From an uncultured bacterium (GTDB lineage Bacteria > Krumholzibacteriota > Krumholzibacteriia > LZORAL124-64-63): DNA of 64,000 nucleotides. Position 1 is the stretch's first letter. The number at the start of each line of letters is the position of its first letter. The stretch is taken from assembly GCA_963727525.1 (NCBI GenBank), contig CAVSGO010000003.1, positions 256,001 through 320,000 of the forward strand. Direction: 5' to 3'. The translations under genes were made by a program, and so were the position numbers. Under the pieces are notes generated by a model. The model did no database searches, had not been told where the DNA came from, and saw nothing but the letters and a program-made list of their open reading frames with translations. Positions 37,801 to 47,300 of the stretch are shown here, in pieces.

Positions 37801-40302
37801 GAGGTGGTGCACTACCGCAACATCGGCAACGTGCCCCTGCAGGCCGTCACCTTCGCGGTGGAGGGCCCCGGCTTCGCGATCACGAGCGGCGCCGGTCCGG
37901 TCACCATCGCGCCGGGTGGCTCACACTCGATCACGCTCACCTTCACGCCCCTGGACGACACGCCGTACTCCGGCGCGCTCATCACGCCCGTCGGCGGCTG
38001 CTCGGTGCTTCCGCTGCTCGGCGAGGGGCTCGCCACGTCGCCCGGGCTGCTCCTCGATCCCGACCACCTTGCCTTCGGCGCCTCCTGCGTCGGCTCCCCG
38101 CTCACGCAGATGGTGACCCTCACCGCGCTCGGCGCCGTGCCGCAGTTGGTGTACCCACAGATCACCGGCGCCGGTTTCAGTCTGCCGGGCATCGCTGGCG
38201 GCGATTCGCTGATCCTCGCCCCGAACGTGGCCACCCCGGTCACCGTCGTCTTCACTCCGGACGCCCCGGGCAGCTACAGCGGCGAGCTGGCATTCGGCCT
38301 CTTCTATCCCGCCGCCGTGCCTCTCACCGGTTCCGGCGTGGAGCCCCAGGCCATTTGCGTCGTCGACCACGACCTGCTCGATTTCGGGCAGGTGGGCGTG
38401 GGACGCGGCGCCGACCTCTCGCTCATGGTCGGCAACAACGGCTGCGAGCCGCTCACCATCGTCCCGGCCATCACGGGGAACGATTTCGCCTTCCTGTCCG
38501 GCGGGGACGCGGGCGTGCTCGAGCCGGGGACGTCACGCGAGATCGTCGTGCACTTTGCGCCCGACGCCCTGGGACTGTTCACCGGCTCGCTCGATCTCGG
38601 CACCCTGGGTTGTCCGAGCGTGCTGCTGATGGGTGAGGGCATCGAGATCGTCTACGATTGCTACACCTTGCCGGCGTATCTCAACGTGGACTTCCTACCG
38701 GTGGGCCACACGCGTCTCGCGTCGTTCGTCATCTACAATGGCGCCACCGCGGCGGTGTCGCTCAACGTGAACGACGTGCCCGACCGTGCCACGGTTGTGT
38801 CCGGCGGTGGCGCCATCACCGTGCAGCCGGGCCAGACCCACACGGTGTCAGCCCAGTTCGGGGCGTCCGTGCTCGGCGAGACGATCTGGGACTGGGATTT
38901 CGGTCTGGATTGCCGCCCGCTCACGGTCATCGTCTTCGGCGCCAACCAGATCTGCCACGTCGCGCCCGCGTATCTCGATTTCGGCACCGTGCCGCTCGGC
39001 GGTACGGCGGAGCGCAACTGGGTGGTGTCGAACCCAGGCATCGAAGGGCTCATGTACGATCCGCAGTGCGACGATCCGAACTATGTCGTCGAGCCCGATG
39101 CGCCGCAATCCCTGCCGCCGGGCACGTACTTCAGCGGGGCCGTGCGCTTCTCTCCGCAGACGGTGGGCACCCACGACGTGGAGCTGGTCTTCAACCATCC
39201 CACGTCCTACCCCATCGATCTGCTCGGCATCGCGACCGCGCAGATCGCGCTGAAGCGCTTCGACCTCCCGAGGCTGGAGTTCGGCCCCGTCGGCCCGGGC
39301 GAGACGCTCACACGCGCCTGCGTGCTAATCAACGATGGAACCGACCCGCTCACCGGCACCATCGCACTGGCCAACCGCGATTTCCGCGTCGTCGAGGGCG
39401 CAGGTAGCGTCACGGTGCCGGCTGGCGGTCGGCATACGGTGCGGGTGCGGTACACGCCGCAAACCACCGGCGAGCACATGGCGACCATCGTGCTCGAGGG
39501 CACCGACCTCGAACCCGTCGCCCTGCTCGGCCGCTGCCTCGTGACCGATCCCGACAGCAACCGTGTGACCATCGTGTGGGACGACGGCATCGCCGCGATG
39601 GACGCGGCGAGCGATCTCTTCGGCGAGCGCGAGCTGACCGGGCGCCTCGTGCTGCGCCAGCCCACGGCCGTGGGCGGCGTGTTCGCCTGGCAGGGCCGTC
39701 TCCTCGCCACCGGCGACGGACACTTCGCCTCGTGGCAGTACGCCGCCGGCGCCGCGAACCGCGCCGAGGCGCCCACCTTCGAGGTGGTCGCCAGCGGCGT
39801 GATCCCGCCGCCCACGGAAGAGATCACGCTGGCCACGTTCCACTACGTCGTCCCGGCCGGCGGCACGGCCGACTTCGCGCTGGCCGCCGTCGCCGGCGAG
39901 GAGGTCGTGGGCTGGCCCGCGTGGTTCGACGCCTCGGCGCCTGACTCCGCCCTCGTCGCCATGACCACCGACGGCTCGCACCTGCTCGCGACGATCCGCC
40001 CGGACGGTCACCAGACCTTGCCCGGACTCGTGCGCCTGCACGCGCCATACCCCAACCCGTTCAACCCCATGACCACCGTGGCCTTCGACCTGGGCGAGCC
40101 CGGCCACGCCCGCCTCGAGATCTTCGACCTCATGGGCCGCAAGGTATGCTCGCTCCTGGACGCCGCGCTGCCCGCCGGCCGTCACGAGATCGTGTGGCAG
40201 GGCGTGGACGACGCCGGCCGCACGGTGGCGAGCGGCGGCTATCACGTGCGGCTGACGGCGGGAGGCAAGACGCAGACGCGCAAGCTCACGTTGCTGAAGT
40301 AG
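31855..40302 (+). CDS. Giant (about 2815 aa) secreted surface protein with many ASH/PapD-like Ig repeats and FlgD-Ig C-terminal domain
   Basis: Signal peptide; repeated LDFG.V.VG...N.G...F.P...L.G.G units; PNPFNPMTTVAFDL...WQG.DDAG...LTLLK tail. Confidence 0.88.
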   Translation: MKSTHRIFVRLLLAAASVSLALSASATDQIGIFFDSEGTVTTATTTAPMQVLTAYVMLMDPPSSGGITGWECELSILTDGPDPQFTWTLPPTSLNIATPPRFAVGIGTPLPAGPRVVLATATILVPEAGQTIDFHISAYDPPSLQDPPASGYYLWQPIYNHGALRTLDPLTQASGCESLPVARINPGDDVPSPVLTGPARVCFDDGGAAFQEFAGQFVNPTDRPFAGVVTISGNGYQIAHGDGAYMTEPTWLHLAPGESKNLRVYLTNAPGTPQVGQITVTSCDGEIFQCVVSDDCAGSADVYFDPSSLAFGPVPVGTTVWQQSELINATDTPVTISLSELAENPAFEIAAPLEFDLPALGQATVSVGFHPQAEGATSMTVATGVAGAELACTGTGLPSCELMMPQAGYFGVIFVGDTVTQTFAVANTSAITIAGDVALATTGTDFAITAGGGPFSLAPGDTLHGEVTFAPQSDGPQATTLLAGANCDIDLTGTGVPVVEECALTPTTLDFSNVAPGGSRTLGVTVTNTGNVPLEIAPVPPAAPFAIASNGDPATLAPGTSRVVGVRFSPDAEGLYAGTLDLGASACASVPLSGVGADPAQLEQVGVFFDADGTLTETTTTAPGQEVTAYVVLINPHAAEDITGWECRFSVFTDGPDPDILWEVAGNGLNIGTPPAFAVGLGIPLPWASRVVLATARITVPEAGQSIDFHVGAYDPPSLRQPPGSMYYLWQPVYNHGPLRTLDLMTSASGCESLPTARINPVAAPTEPALIGPLRVCFDDALAGDQPLTVQLINPTTVPIAAELSMAGTGPLRVAHHGGALTDQTTWIRLEPGETMELQVVLTNTPGQHQQGNLVVSTCDGAIFTVPYDDSCTDGGGLYFDPDQLAFGNVTVGATVALSTPLYNNTASPIAVSLSEVQDNPAFVITPPLAYEIAPFDSAVVTVNFAPQTLGATSVVVTTGATGALLACAGTGTPACAVGAPQGADFGEVPQGTSLTRPFAVINTTAEPIAGDIVLANANTDFTITLGAGAFALAPGDTHHVEVTFAPRVYGEQTNLLQAGALCELAITGVSHDFTGACEITPEVVDFGAVLVDVPTTRALTIHNAGSLPFTVDLQLASPVFSIVSGGGVHEIAPSGNLVASVRCLATDIGDFTATIAVGSPYCATVPVQASAAPPTPDCDWNGATVADFGNVAVGLTTTQSIVYRNTGNVSLTDVTFTAQGAGFSIVSGGGPVSIPPGQTQDITVQFAPAQQAAYTGALVPSTDACDPLPLQGVGAPPPPPGSILMAFDTNGIDTRATTTAPNQTVTAYLLMAESSIPDLIYGWECTVQITTGGPQPVVIWELAGVNPLNIGTPPEFIVGLQLPMPHGVVVVLATATIVVPDPDSEIEFRILSVPRPSVVSPPGYPVELPAWAGAPGHIFSLTPASGCSGEPVAWINDNDLPVPQNITTDDVAAFGAVSVGGEATRTVTLTNNTSITTSGVLSLTGDAYAFRHGDGDWTTEPVWCRLDPGENLDLDVRFAPTVSGPQFGDIVLEGCGPVFAAALSGGGGEAPPAALAPNPLEFGITSLNSGVEHACTVTNSGSTSLDFAPFVVESDGFALVDDTPFTLPAGGSQDLAVRFSATSPGLHLGRVALGQSLAPDLLVHGMALIATGECLVTLDGNGSGDCGNVVVGYPVTRVATILNIGDDPIDGFIGFEGATDVFTITDGGGFVELAPGGNHEVTIEVAPQEPGDYGATLVSLGGCSTVGFHVVGLPAITACAVSPVAIDFGAVIVDTTATVVVTVKNTGTLPLDLDPELPAGPFVITAGGDPVVLAAADSVLVRLAFTPPALESYSATLTLGADACSSVPLSGSGRPWGGLCVLEPEVLDGGTTPANIPVLITLTVRNEGEDSFAIDPVLDSPVFTLIDGVGVSTIDPGYQRAITVRFVAGAPGDYTGELDLQTDGCPVVPLIATATAPVVACDWGGLEDLDWGPLPSGGIYTEVVHYRNIGNVPLQAVTFAVEGPGFAITSGAGPVTIAPGGSHSITLTFTPLDDTPYSGALITPVGGCSVLPLLGEGLATSPGLLLDPDHLAFGASCVGSPLTQMVTLTALGAVPQLVYPQITGAGFSLPGIAGGDSLILAPNVATPVTVVFTPDAPGSYSGELAFGLFYPAAVPLTGSGVEPQAICVVDHDLLDFGQVGVGRGADLSLMVGNNGCEPLTIVPAITGNDFAFLSGGDAGVLEPGTSREIVVHFAPDALGLFTGSLDLGTLGCPSVLLMGEGIEIVYDCYTLPAYLNVDFLPVGHTRLASFVIYNGATAAVSLNVNDVPDRATVVSGGGAITVQPGQTHTVSAQFGASVLGETIWDWDFGLDCRPLTVIVFGANQICHVAPAYLDFGTVPLGGTAERNWVVSNPGIEGLMYDPQCDDPNYVVEPDAPQSLPPGTYFSGAVRFSPQTVGTHDVELVFNHPTSYPIDLLGIATAQIALKRFDLPRLEFGPVGPGETLTRACVLINDGTDPLTGTIALANRDFRVVEGAGSVTVPAGGRHTVRVRYTPQTTGEHMATIVLEGTDLEPVALLGRCLVTDPDSNRVTIVWDDGIAAMDAASDLFGERELTGRLVLRQPTAVGGVFAWQGRLLATGDGHFASWQYAAGAANRAEAPTFEVVASGVIPPPTEEITLATFHYVVPAGGTADFALAAVAGEEVVGWPAWFDASAPDSALVAMTTDGSHLLATIRPDGHQTLPGLVRLHAPYPNPFNPMTTVAFDLGEPGHARLEIFDLMGRKVCSLLDAALPAGRHEIVWQGVDDAGRTVASGGYHVRLTAGGKTQTRKLTLLK

Positions 40303-40323
40303 CAGCCTGGACAGGCGACGCGA

Positions 40324-40355
40324 ACGACCCCCGGCTCCAGCGAGCCGGGGGTCGT
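40324..40355. terminator. Bidirectional terminator-like hairpin
   Basis: ACGACCCCCGGCTC-CAGC-GAGCCGGGGGTCGT, 14-bp stem between convergent genes. Confidence 0.7.
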
Positions 40356-40385
40356 CTTGCGAGGCTTGGTGAACGTTCGACGGCG

Positions 40386-41888
40386 CTACCTGTAGAGGCT
40401 CTTGATGGCGCCCCACGTCATGGGTTCCGTCTGTACGGAGCCCTGGAGCCCAGTGAATTCACAGACGTAGTTATAGGAGTTGCTAGCCCCTTGCGGAGGG
40501 GCGAACACCGTGGAGCCCGCCCAGAACCAGACGATCGCCCCCTGCGCGTATCCCGTGATGGTCATGTACGCTTCGAGGCAGGGTCCCCCGGTGGCCTGCT
40601 GGATCACGGCGACGCTGTTGCAGTCCTGAGGCCCCAGCTCGAACATGTAGGTCTCAAACTCCGCATCGAGCGTGATGTCGATGGCGCCGCTCGGGCCCAT
40701 GGTGAGGAGGTACCAGTCGGTATCGCGATACTGCGCTCCGCCCGGGCTGTTGTACCAGCCCGCGACGCCACAAAGCGTCAGGGAGCCGTAATTGTAGGCC
40801 GATAGCCACTGGAACGGGTTTCCTGGGGTGTTGCAGCCGCCGTTCCAGTGGTCGACGTATCCGTCCTGCAGGGGCGGCTCGCCCTCCGTTACACTGCCCG
40901 ATGGGCAGTCGATGACGCATCCGGTGTATGTCGTGATGTCCATCTGGTAGTCACCGAACGATCCGCCGTAGCCGTCGACCACGATGTAGTAGGTCTGTCC
41001 CGCGTTCATGGTCACGTTCTCGAGCTTCGACGAGTACGTGAAGCACGGCGCCCCGAAGTAGAAGTCGTCGTTGCAGACGATCACGTTCAGGCTGGTGTCG
41101 TAGACATAGGCCTTGGTGTCGTAGGACGAATTGCAGAAATCGATGTCGACCGAGGCCGTCGACGACGGCGTGTAGCTGTAGACCACATCGGGCGCGGTGG
41201 AGCCGGTATAGGGGCAGGCCTCGTCGTAGTCGTTCACGAAGCCCGCCGTGGTGCCCGTGGCGCTGTAGGGGAGACTCGGGATGATGGTGGCGTTGAAGAT
41301 CGTGTCGCCACCCTGGCCGCCGCCACCGCCCTCGCCGTCGCCGGTCCAGCGGCGTACCTCGAACTCGTAGTCGCCGGAGGTACCGGCCGCGCCGTCGACG
41401 ACGAGGTAGAATGTCTCGCCGGTCGGCACCCAGAGGTTGTCGATGCGCGAGGTGTGATAGCCGCAGACACTGTTGTCGTAGAAGTCGTCATTGCAATCGA
41501 TCACCTCGCCATCGGCGCGCATGACGAAGATCTTCGTGTCGTAATCCGATCCGCAGAAGTCGATCGTCAGCGTCCCGTACTCTGGGCGGGTGAACGAGTA
41601 CACCACGTCAGGGGCGGTGGAACCGGTATTGGGGCACACCGCGTCATAATCGTTGGTGTGTCCGGTCGTGGTGCCCGAACCCCAGAAGGGGATGGCAGTG
41701 ATCGGCGTCGCGTCGGCGACCGTCTCGCCGCCCTCGCGCTCGATCGGCGGCAATGCGCGCTGCATCGCGTCGAGCTTCGGTGGCCGCAGGGGTGCGGCCT
41801 TGCCCGTGGTCTGGGCGCTCGCGGCTGTCGTCAGCACGACGGCGGCCAGTACGATCAACCAGGTATGACGCATGATCAGGGTGACCAT
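40386..41888 (-). CDS. Secreted Cys-rich protein with two tandem PPC-like domains and TWGAIKSLYR tail
   Basis: GGAGGAGG RBS; duplicated NDYD..CP.TGSTAPDVVYS...YDTK...CNDDF...VVDG module. Confidence 0.82.
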   Translation of the reverse strand: MVTLIMRHTWLIVLAAVVLTTAASAQTTGKAAPLRPPKLDAMQRALPPIEREGGETVADATPITAIPFWGSGTTTGHTNDYDAVCPNTGSTAPDVVYSFTRPEYGTLTIDFCGSDYDTKIFVMRADGEVIDCNDDFYDNSVCGYHTSRIDNLWVPTGETFYLVVDGAAGTSGDYEFEVRRWTGDGEGGGGGQGGDTIFNATIIPSLPYSATGTTAGFVNDYDEACPYTGSTAPDVVYSYTPSSTASVDIDFCNSSYDTKAYVYDTSLNVIVCNDDFYFGAPCFTYSSKLENVTMNAGQTYYIVVDGYGGSFGDYQMDITTYTGCVIDCPSGSVTEGEPPLQDGYVDHWNGGCNTPGNPFQWLSAYNYGSLTLCGVAGWYNSPGGAQYRDTDWYLLTMGPSGAIDITLDAEFETYMFELGPQDCNSVAVIQQATGGPCLEAYMTITGYAQGAIVWFWAGSTVFAPPQGASNSYNYVCEFTGLQGSVQTEPMTWGAIKSLYR

Positions 41889-42123
41889 CGCGGCCCTCCT
41901 CCGCTAGCATCCAGTCCGTGACAACGATGCCATGATGCTACCGCAGACGCGGGCATCATTCAATCGGCTCGCGTCGAGGATGTGGAGGAATGCCGTCCGG
42001 GATCATCGTCGCCGGGCGGTGTATCCTCCCGATCCCGTGGTACTCGCCACCGGGAATTCCCGTACTTTCTCCGACCCCTATTGCGGCCAGATGTGACCAT
42101 CGATAACGAAGGAGGGATCGATC

Positions 42124-43041
42124 ATGAAACGGCTCGCAGTCGTCGCCGCGATGACGTTCGCCCTGGTTCTGGGGGCCTGCTCCGCACTCGCCTCGACCAC
42201 CTTTCCGCTGGGGATCTACAGCTGGACCTTCGAGGGCACGAATGGCGACACCTGGAACTACTACCTGAGCACGCAACAGATCTTCAATGGCGCCTACTGC
42301 TACCCTCGTACCGAGGTTCTTCCGGGCGCCAATGGCGGGATCACCTTCTGGAGCGAGGACGATCAGGGCAGGACCCTGTTCCACGGCATGATCTACCAAT
42401 CGACGCCCTCCTACACGTTCTACCTGGATCCGCCGGCCGTGTACGTCGATCCGACGCTGCAGCCGGGCGAGATCACGACCTCGTCGGTCAATGTCTACCA
42501 GGTGCGCACCGAGGGCGACCTCTGGCTGGGCAATTACACGGTGGACCTCACCTGCATCGCCCGAGGTCCGGTCACCACGCCACTGGGCACGTTCAGCGCC
42601 GTCACCCAATGGCCTCACTGGATCGAGGGCGTGGGGGCGTGGAGCTACGGCGCGAACGGCGACCACAGCTACGGCATGGGCGTGGGGCCCGTGCGTATCG
42701 CCAACCACGCCAATCCGAGCGTCCAGTGGAACCTCATCGGCGCCACGGGTCTCGATCTGACGGGGGCGCCGGCGCCCGCGGCGACCGTGTCGCTGAACGC
42801 GGCGCCCAACCCGTTCAATCCGGAGACGACGCTGAGCTTCCGGCTCGCGGTGGCCGGGCCCGTGCGGCTGGAGGTCTTCGACCTGGCCGGCCGCCGGGTG
42901 GCCAGCCTGATCGACGGCGACCTGGCCGCCGGGCCGCACTCCGTGCCGTGGCAGCCCCGGAATCTCGGCTCGGGGATCTACCTGGCAAGGCTGGCGGCGG
43001 CGGATCAGGTGCGGACGTTGCGCGTGACACTGGTCGAGTGA
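42124..43041 (+). CDS. Secreted protein with FlgD-Ig/T9SS-like C-terminal domain
   Basis: AAGGAGG RBS; signal peptide; APNPFNPETTLSF...VFDLAGRRVA...SGIYLARL. Confidence 0.82.
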   Translation: MKRLAVVAAMTFALVLGACSALASTTFPLGIYSWTFEGTNGDTWNYYLSTQQIFNGAYCYPRTEVLPGANGGITFWSEDDQGRTLFHGMIYQSTPSYTFYLDPPAVYVDPTLQPGEITTSSVNVYQVRTEGDLWLGNYTVDLTCIARGPVTTPLGTFSAVTQWPHWIEGVGAWSYGANGDHSYGMGVGPVRIANHANPSVQWNLIGATGLDLTGAPAPAATVSLNAAPNPFNPETTLSFRLAVAGPVRLEVFDLAGRRVASLIDGDLAAGPHSVPWQPRNLGSGIYLARLAAADQVRTLRVTLVE

Positions 43042-43059
43042 GCGGAATCATGAGAAAAA

Positions 43060-43077
43060 TACTTGACCAGTCAACTA
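43060..43077. promoter_or_regulatory. Putative MarR operator 1
   Basis: TACTTG-ACCAGT-CAACTA overlapping the TTGACC -35. Confidence 0.6.
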
Positions 43078-43098
43078 AATGACGTTATTCCTGTGGGC

Positions 43099-43584
43099 AT
43101 GAAGTCCCGCAAGAGCAACGTGCAGGCCGAGATCAAGCAGCAGCGCCCGTTCCACTCGGCGGCGCAGGAGGCCCTGGTGGCCCTCTTTCGGACCACCGAC
43201 CTCCTACGCCGCGAACTGGCCCGCGTACTCGAACCCGCCGGGATCACGCCCCAGCAATACAACGTGCTACGCATCCTGCGGGGCGCCGGGGAGGCCGGGC
43301 TGCCGACCCTGGAGATCGTGACCCGCATGATCGAGCAGGCGCCGGGCATCACCCGTCTGCTCGACCGGCTGGAACGTAAGACCCTGGTGCAGCGGGAGCG
43401 TTGCCCCGAAGATCGCCGCCGCGTCACTTGCCGGATCGCGCCCGCCGGGCTGGAACTCCTCGCGCGCCTGGATACGACCATGAACACGATGGACGCGCGC
43501 CTAGTACCGCTCGATGCTCTCGAGAATCGCAGTCTGCTCACCCTGTTGGACCGGATCCGGGCCGACCTTCACCAGGGCGCTTGA
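43099..43584 (+). CDS. MarR family transcriptional regulator
   Basis: ITPQQYNVLRILRGA...ITRLLDRLE...DRR. Confidence 0.92.
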   Translation: MKSRKSNVQAEIKQQRPFHSAAQEALVALFRTTDLLRRELARVLEPAGITPQQYNVLRILRGAGEAGLPTLEIVTRMIEQAPGITRLLDRLERKTLVQRERCPEDRRRVTCRIAPAGLELLARLDTTMNTMDARLVPLDALENRSLLTLLDRIRADLHQGA

Positions 43585-43618
43585 GGAAGGGATACGTCTG
43601 ACACGTCGTTGTTGTGAT

Positions 43619-43636
43619 TGGTTGATCAGTCATGTA
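43619..43636. promoter_or_regulatory. Putative MarR operator 2 upstream of doxX
   Basis: TGGTTG-ATCAGT-CATGTA resembles the site at 43060. Confidence 0.5.
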
Positions 43637-43685
43637 TTGATAGGTCGTGGAATTGGTTCATTGGACGGACGAAAGGAGACCTCTC

Positions 43686-44132
43686 ATGTTGCGCAAACTC
43701 TTCACCACCGGGGACGACCGCGTCGCCCTCCTCCTGCGCCTCGTTCTCGGCGTGGTGATGTTCCCCCATGGCGCGCAGAAGGTGCTGGGCTGGTTCGGCG
43801 GCTACGGCTTCTCGGGCAGCCTCGGATTCTTCACGGGACAGCTCCATATCCCCGCCTTCTTCGGTGTGCTGGCGATCATCGCCGAGTTCGCCGGATCCCT
43901 GGCCCTGATCGCGGGCTTCGCCACTCGCGTGGCCGCAGCCGGCATCCTGACGAACATGGTGGTGGCCGTCCTCATGGTGCACGCCAAGGTCGGGTTCTTC
44001 ATGAACTGGTACGGCCAGCAGCAGGGCGAGGGCTTCGAGTATCACCTGCTCGCGATCGGCATCGCGCTGGCGCTCATCATCCGCGGCGGCGGCACGGCTT
44101 CCGTCGATCATGGGCTCGCGCGGAAGCTATAG
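43686..44132 (+). CDS. DoxX family membrane protein
   Basis: AAAGGAG RBS; RLVLGVVMFPHGAQK...EFAG...GFEYHLL. Confidence 0.92.
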   Translation: MLRKLFTTGDDRVALLLRLVLGVVMFPHGAQKVLGWFGGYGFSGSLGFFTGQLHIPAFFGVLAIIAEFAGSLALIAGFATRVAAAGILTNMVVAVLMVHAKVGFFMNWYGQQQGEGFEYHLLAIGIALALIIRGGGTASVDHGLARKL

Positions 44133-44351
44133 CGACGATCTCGAGTTCGCCGAACACGGCGTGACCGCGTCGACAATCATTGCGATTTCGTAACAAGCCA
44201 GTGCGGGCAGTCGTCGCTTGGGGTGATAGTCGATGTTCACTCGCATCTTCTCGTGACAGACCCACGACTCCGGCGTCGATTCGTGGTAAAATGGATGTCT
44301 TGTGGCCTGTTGGGTCGAGGTCACTACCTGTCCCGATAGAAGGTGGAGTCG

Positions 44352-47300
44352 ATGATGCCAAGGCTGAAGCTGGTCGTGCCGATACTCGTGCTCGTCGCGT
44401 GTGCGCTGCCCGTTCTCGCAGCGGACGACGCGACCCAACCACTGTCGCTCTCGCCGCGTGGCGAGGTGGCGCCGCCGGTCGTCAAGGTGCTTGCGCAGCG
44501 ACCGGGTGCGATGTCGCTCGAGCTGGATGTCACGAGTCTGGATGTGGCGGACGTCACCATCGACGGCCGCGCCTACCAGGCCATGACGCTGACGGACGGT
44601 GGCACGCTGGGCGAGCCCGGCGAACCGATGCTGCCCACTGTCACACGCCTCGTGGCCGTGCCAGCGGGCGTCGGCGTGCGGCTGACCGTGACCGGCAAGG
44701 ACATGGCGCCACTGCCATCCACGTCGCTCGCACCTGTGCAGCCGGTTCTGGATGGTTCGCGCGGTGAAGCGGCACCGGTCGCCACGGCCAGCGTCTATGC
44801 AGCCGCGCCACGTCGCGAGGCCACAGCCAGCGTGGGCGAGCCGGCTCTCGTGCGCGGTATACGCGTGGTGCCGGTGACATTCTCCCCCGTGAGCTACGAC
44901 CCGCGCACGGGCGAGCTCGCCGTGGCGCGCACGCTCACCGTGGATCTCACCTTCGCGGGCCGCGATACGCGCAATGACCCGACCGGCGCGCCCCACGCGA
45001 TTCCCGAGTCCTTCGCCCGCATGTACGAGCAGGAGATCATCGGCTACGAGCGGTCCGGCGACGTGGCCGAAGGGCCGGGCAGCTACCTGATGATCTGCCC
45101 GAGCGATCCCGCCGTGGTGGCGGCCGTGCAACCGCTGGTCGAATGGCGCCGGCGCCAGGGCTACAACGTCGTCCTGGCCACCACGGCCGAGACCGGCACC
45201 ACGACCACCACCATCAAGGACTATATCCAGAATGCCTATGACACGTACGATCCGCCGCTCGAGTTCGTCAGCCTCGTGGGCGACGGCGCGGGTTCCTTGA
45301 GTCTGCCCACCTTCCACGAGTCTCTCTCGGGATACAACGGTGAAGGCGATCACCCGTACACGCTGCTGGATGGCAACGACCCGCTGGCCGACATCCACAT
45401 CGGCCGCATCTCGGTGACCAGCGTCTCCGAGCTCCAGCTGGTGATCGCGAAGATCGTGCAATACGAGAGCGATCCCGACATGAGCGAGACGAATTGGTTT
45501 ACCACCGCCGGCGTGACGGGAGATCCCTCCGCATCGGGTTACAGTACGGTGTGGTGCCAGCAATTCGTGAAGGAGTCCCTGCAACATCTGGGCTACACGC
45601 GTGTCGATACGATTTTCGGCGGCGACTATGCCACGCAGATGTTCAACACCATCAACAACGGCGAGACCCTCTTCACCTATCGCGGCTACATCGGGATGAG
45701 CGGATTCAACACGGGATACATCACCGCGCTCGGCAACCAGCGGCAATTGCCGTTCGCCATCGTGATGACCTGTGGCACGGGTTCGTTCGCGAGCGAGACC
45801 ACGTGTCGGAGCGAGGCTTTCCTGCGCGCCACCAACGGTGGTGGTGTGGCCGCCATCGGCACGGCCACCACCGGCACCCACACCCGCTACAACAACTGCA
45901 TCTTCCTGGGTACGGCCCACGGCGTGCTAAACACCGGCGAGTACCGCGTGGGCCCCGCGCTCACGCGCGGCAAGCTGAACCTCTACAAGAACTACGAGGT
46001 GAACGAGCCCGACCGCGTGGTCATCTGGTCTTACTGGAACAACCTGATGGGCGATCCGGCCACGGAGATCTTCACGGGCGTGCCACAGATTCCCACCGTT
46101 ACCTATTCCGCCAACGTGGCCAGCGGCGCCAACGCATTGCCGGTGACGGTGGCGGTGGGCGCCGCTCCGCTCGCCGGCGCCCGGGTCACCGTCGTTCAAG
46201 CCGGAAACCTGCGCGCCACCGGCACCACCGATGCGGCCGGCCAGATCGTGCTGCCGCTCGCCGGTGCCGTGGACGGCGTGCTCCAGGTCACCGTGACGAA
46301 ACACAACCTCAAGCCCTATCTCGGTTCGTGTACGATGGGTGCGGTGAGCGCGTCTCTCGACTACTCGGCGCTCCAGGTGTCCGAGAGCAGCGGCAACGGC
46401 GACGACGTGGCGAACCCGGGCGAGTCGCTGCTCCTGAACGTACAGCTCACGAACCATGGCGGCAACTCGCTGAGCGGTGTCGTGGCGACGTTGAGCTGCC
46501 CGCTGTCTTACGTGCACATCACCGCGGCCACGCGCTCGTTCGGCACGTTGGCCGGCGGCGCGTCGGCGTGGAGCCAGGGTACCTACGCGCTTGGCCTCGA
46601 CGTCGACGCACCCGGCGGCAGGACCATCCCGCTGCGCCTCGATGCCACCAGCGGTGCGCAGACGTGGACGAGCCTGGTGGACCTCGATGTCACCGGTCCG
46701 CGCGCCACGATCGCGTCGCTCACCTACGGCGGGCCGGGTGGGACCCTGGATCCCGGCGAGTCGGGCACAATCGTGCTCACGCTCACCAACGACGGCAATC
46801 TGGCCACGAGTGGCGCCACGGCCACGCTTCTGTGCGACAGCGATTGGATCACCGTCGGCGACCCGAACGGCGCCTTCGGAGCCATACCACCCGGTGGCAT
46901 GGGGGCCCAGACCAATTCGTTCACCGTGAGCGTGACGACGGACTGCTATCCTGGCCATCTGGCGAACTTCCAGGTGGCGTTGCAGTTCGCCGAGGGGGGC
47001 GTGGATACGCTCGAGTTCCAGGAAGTGGTCGGCACCTCGCAACCAGGCGACCCCTCTGGTCCGGACATGCACGGCTACTACGCCTTCGACAACGAGGACA
47101 CCGACGTCAACGCGCCCACGTTCGCCTGGTCCGACATCACCGCGCTCGGTCAGAACACCGGTATCGTGGACAACAGCCTTTACGACGACGACACCAAGAC
47201 CTTGGACCTGCCGTTCACTTTCGTGTTCTACGGCAAGCCGCAGAACAAGGTCTCGATCTGTTCGAATGGCTGGCTCGCCTTCGGTACCACGTACCAGCGC

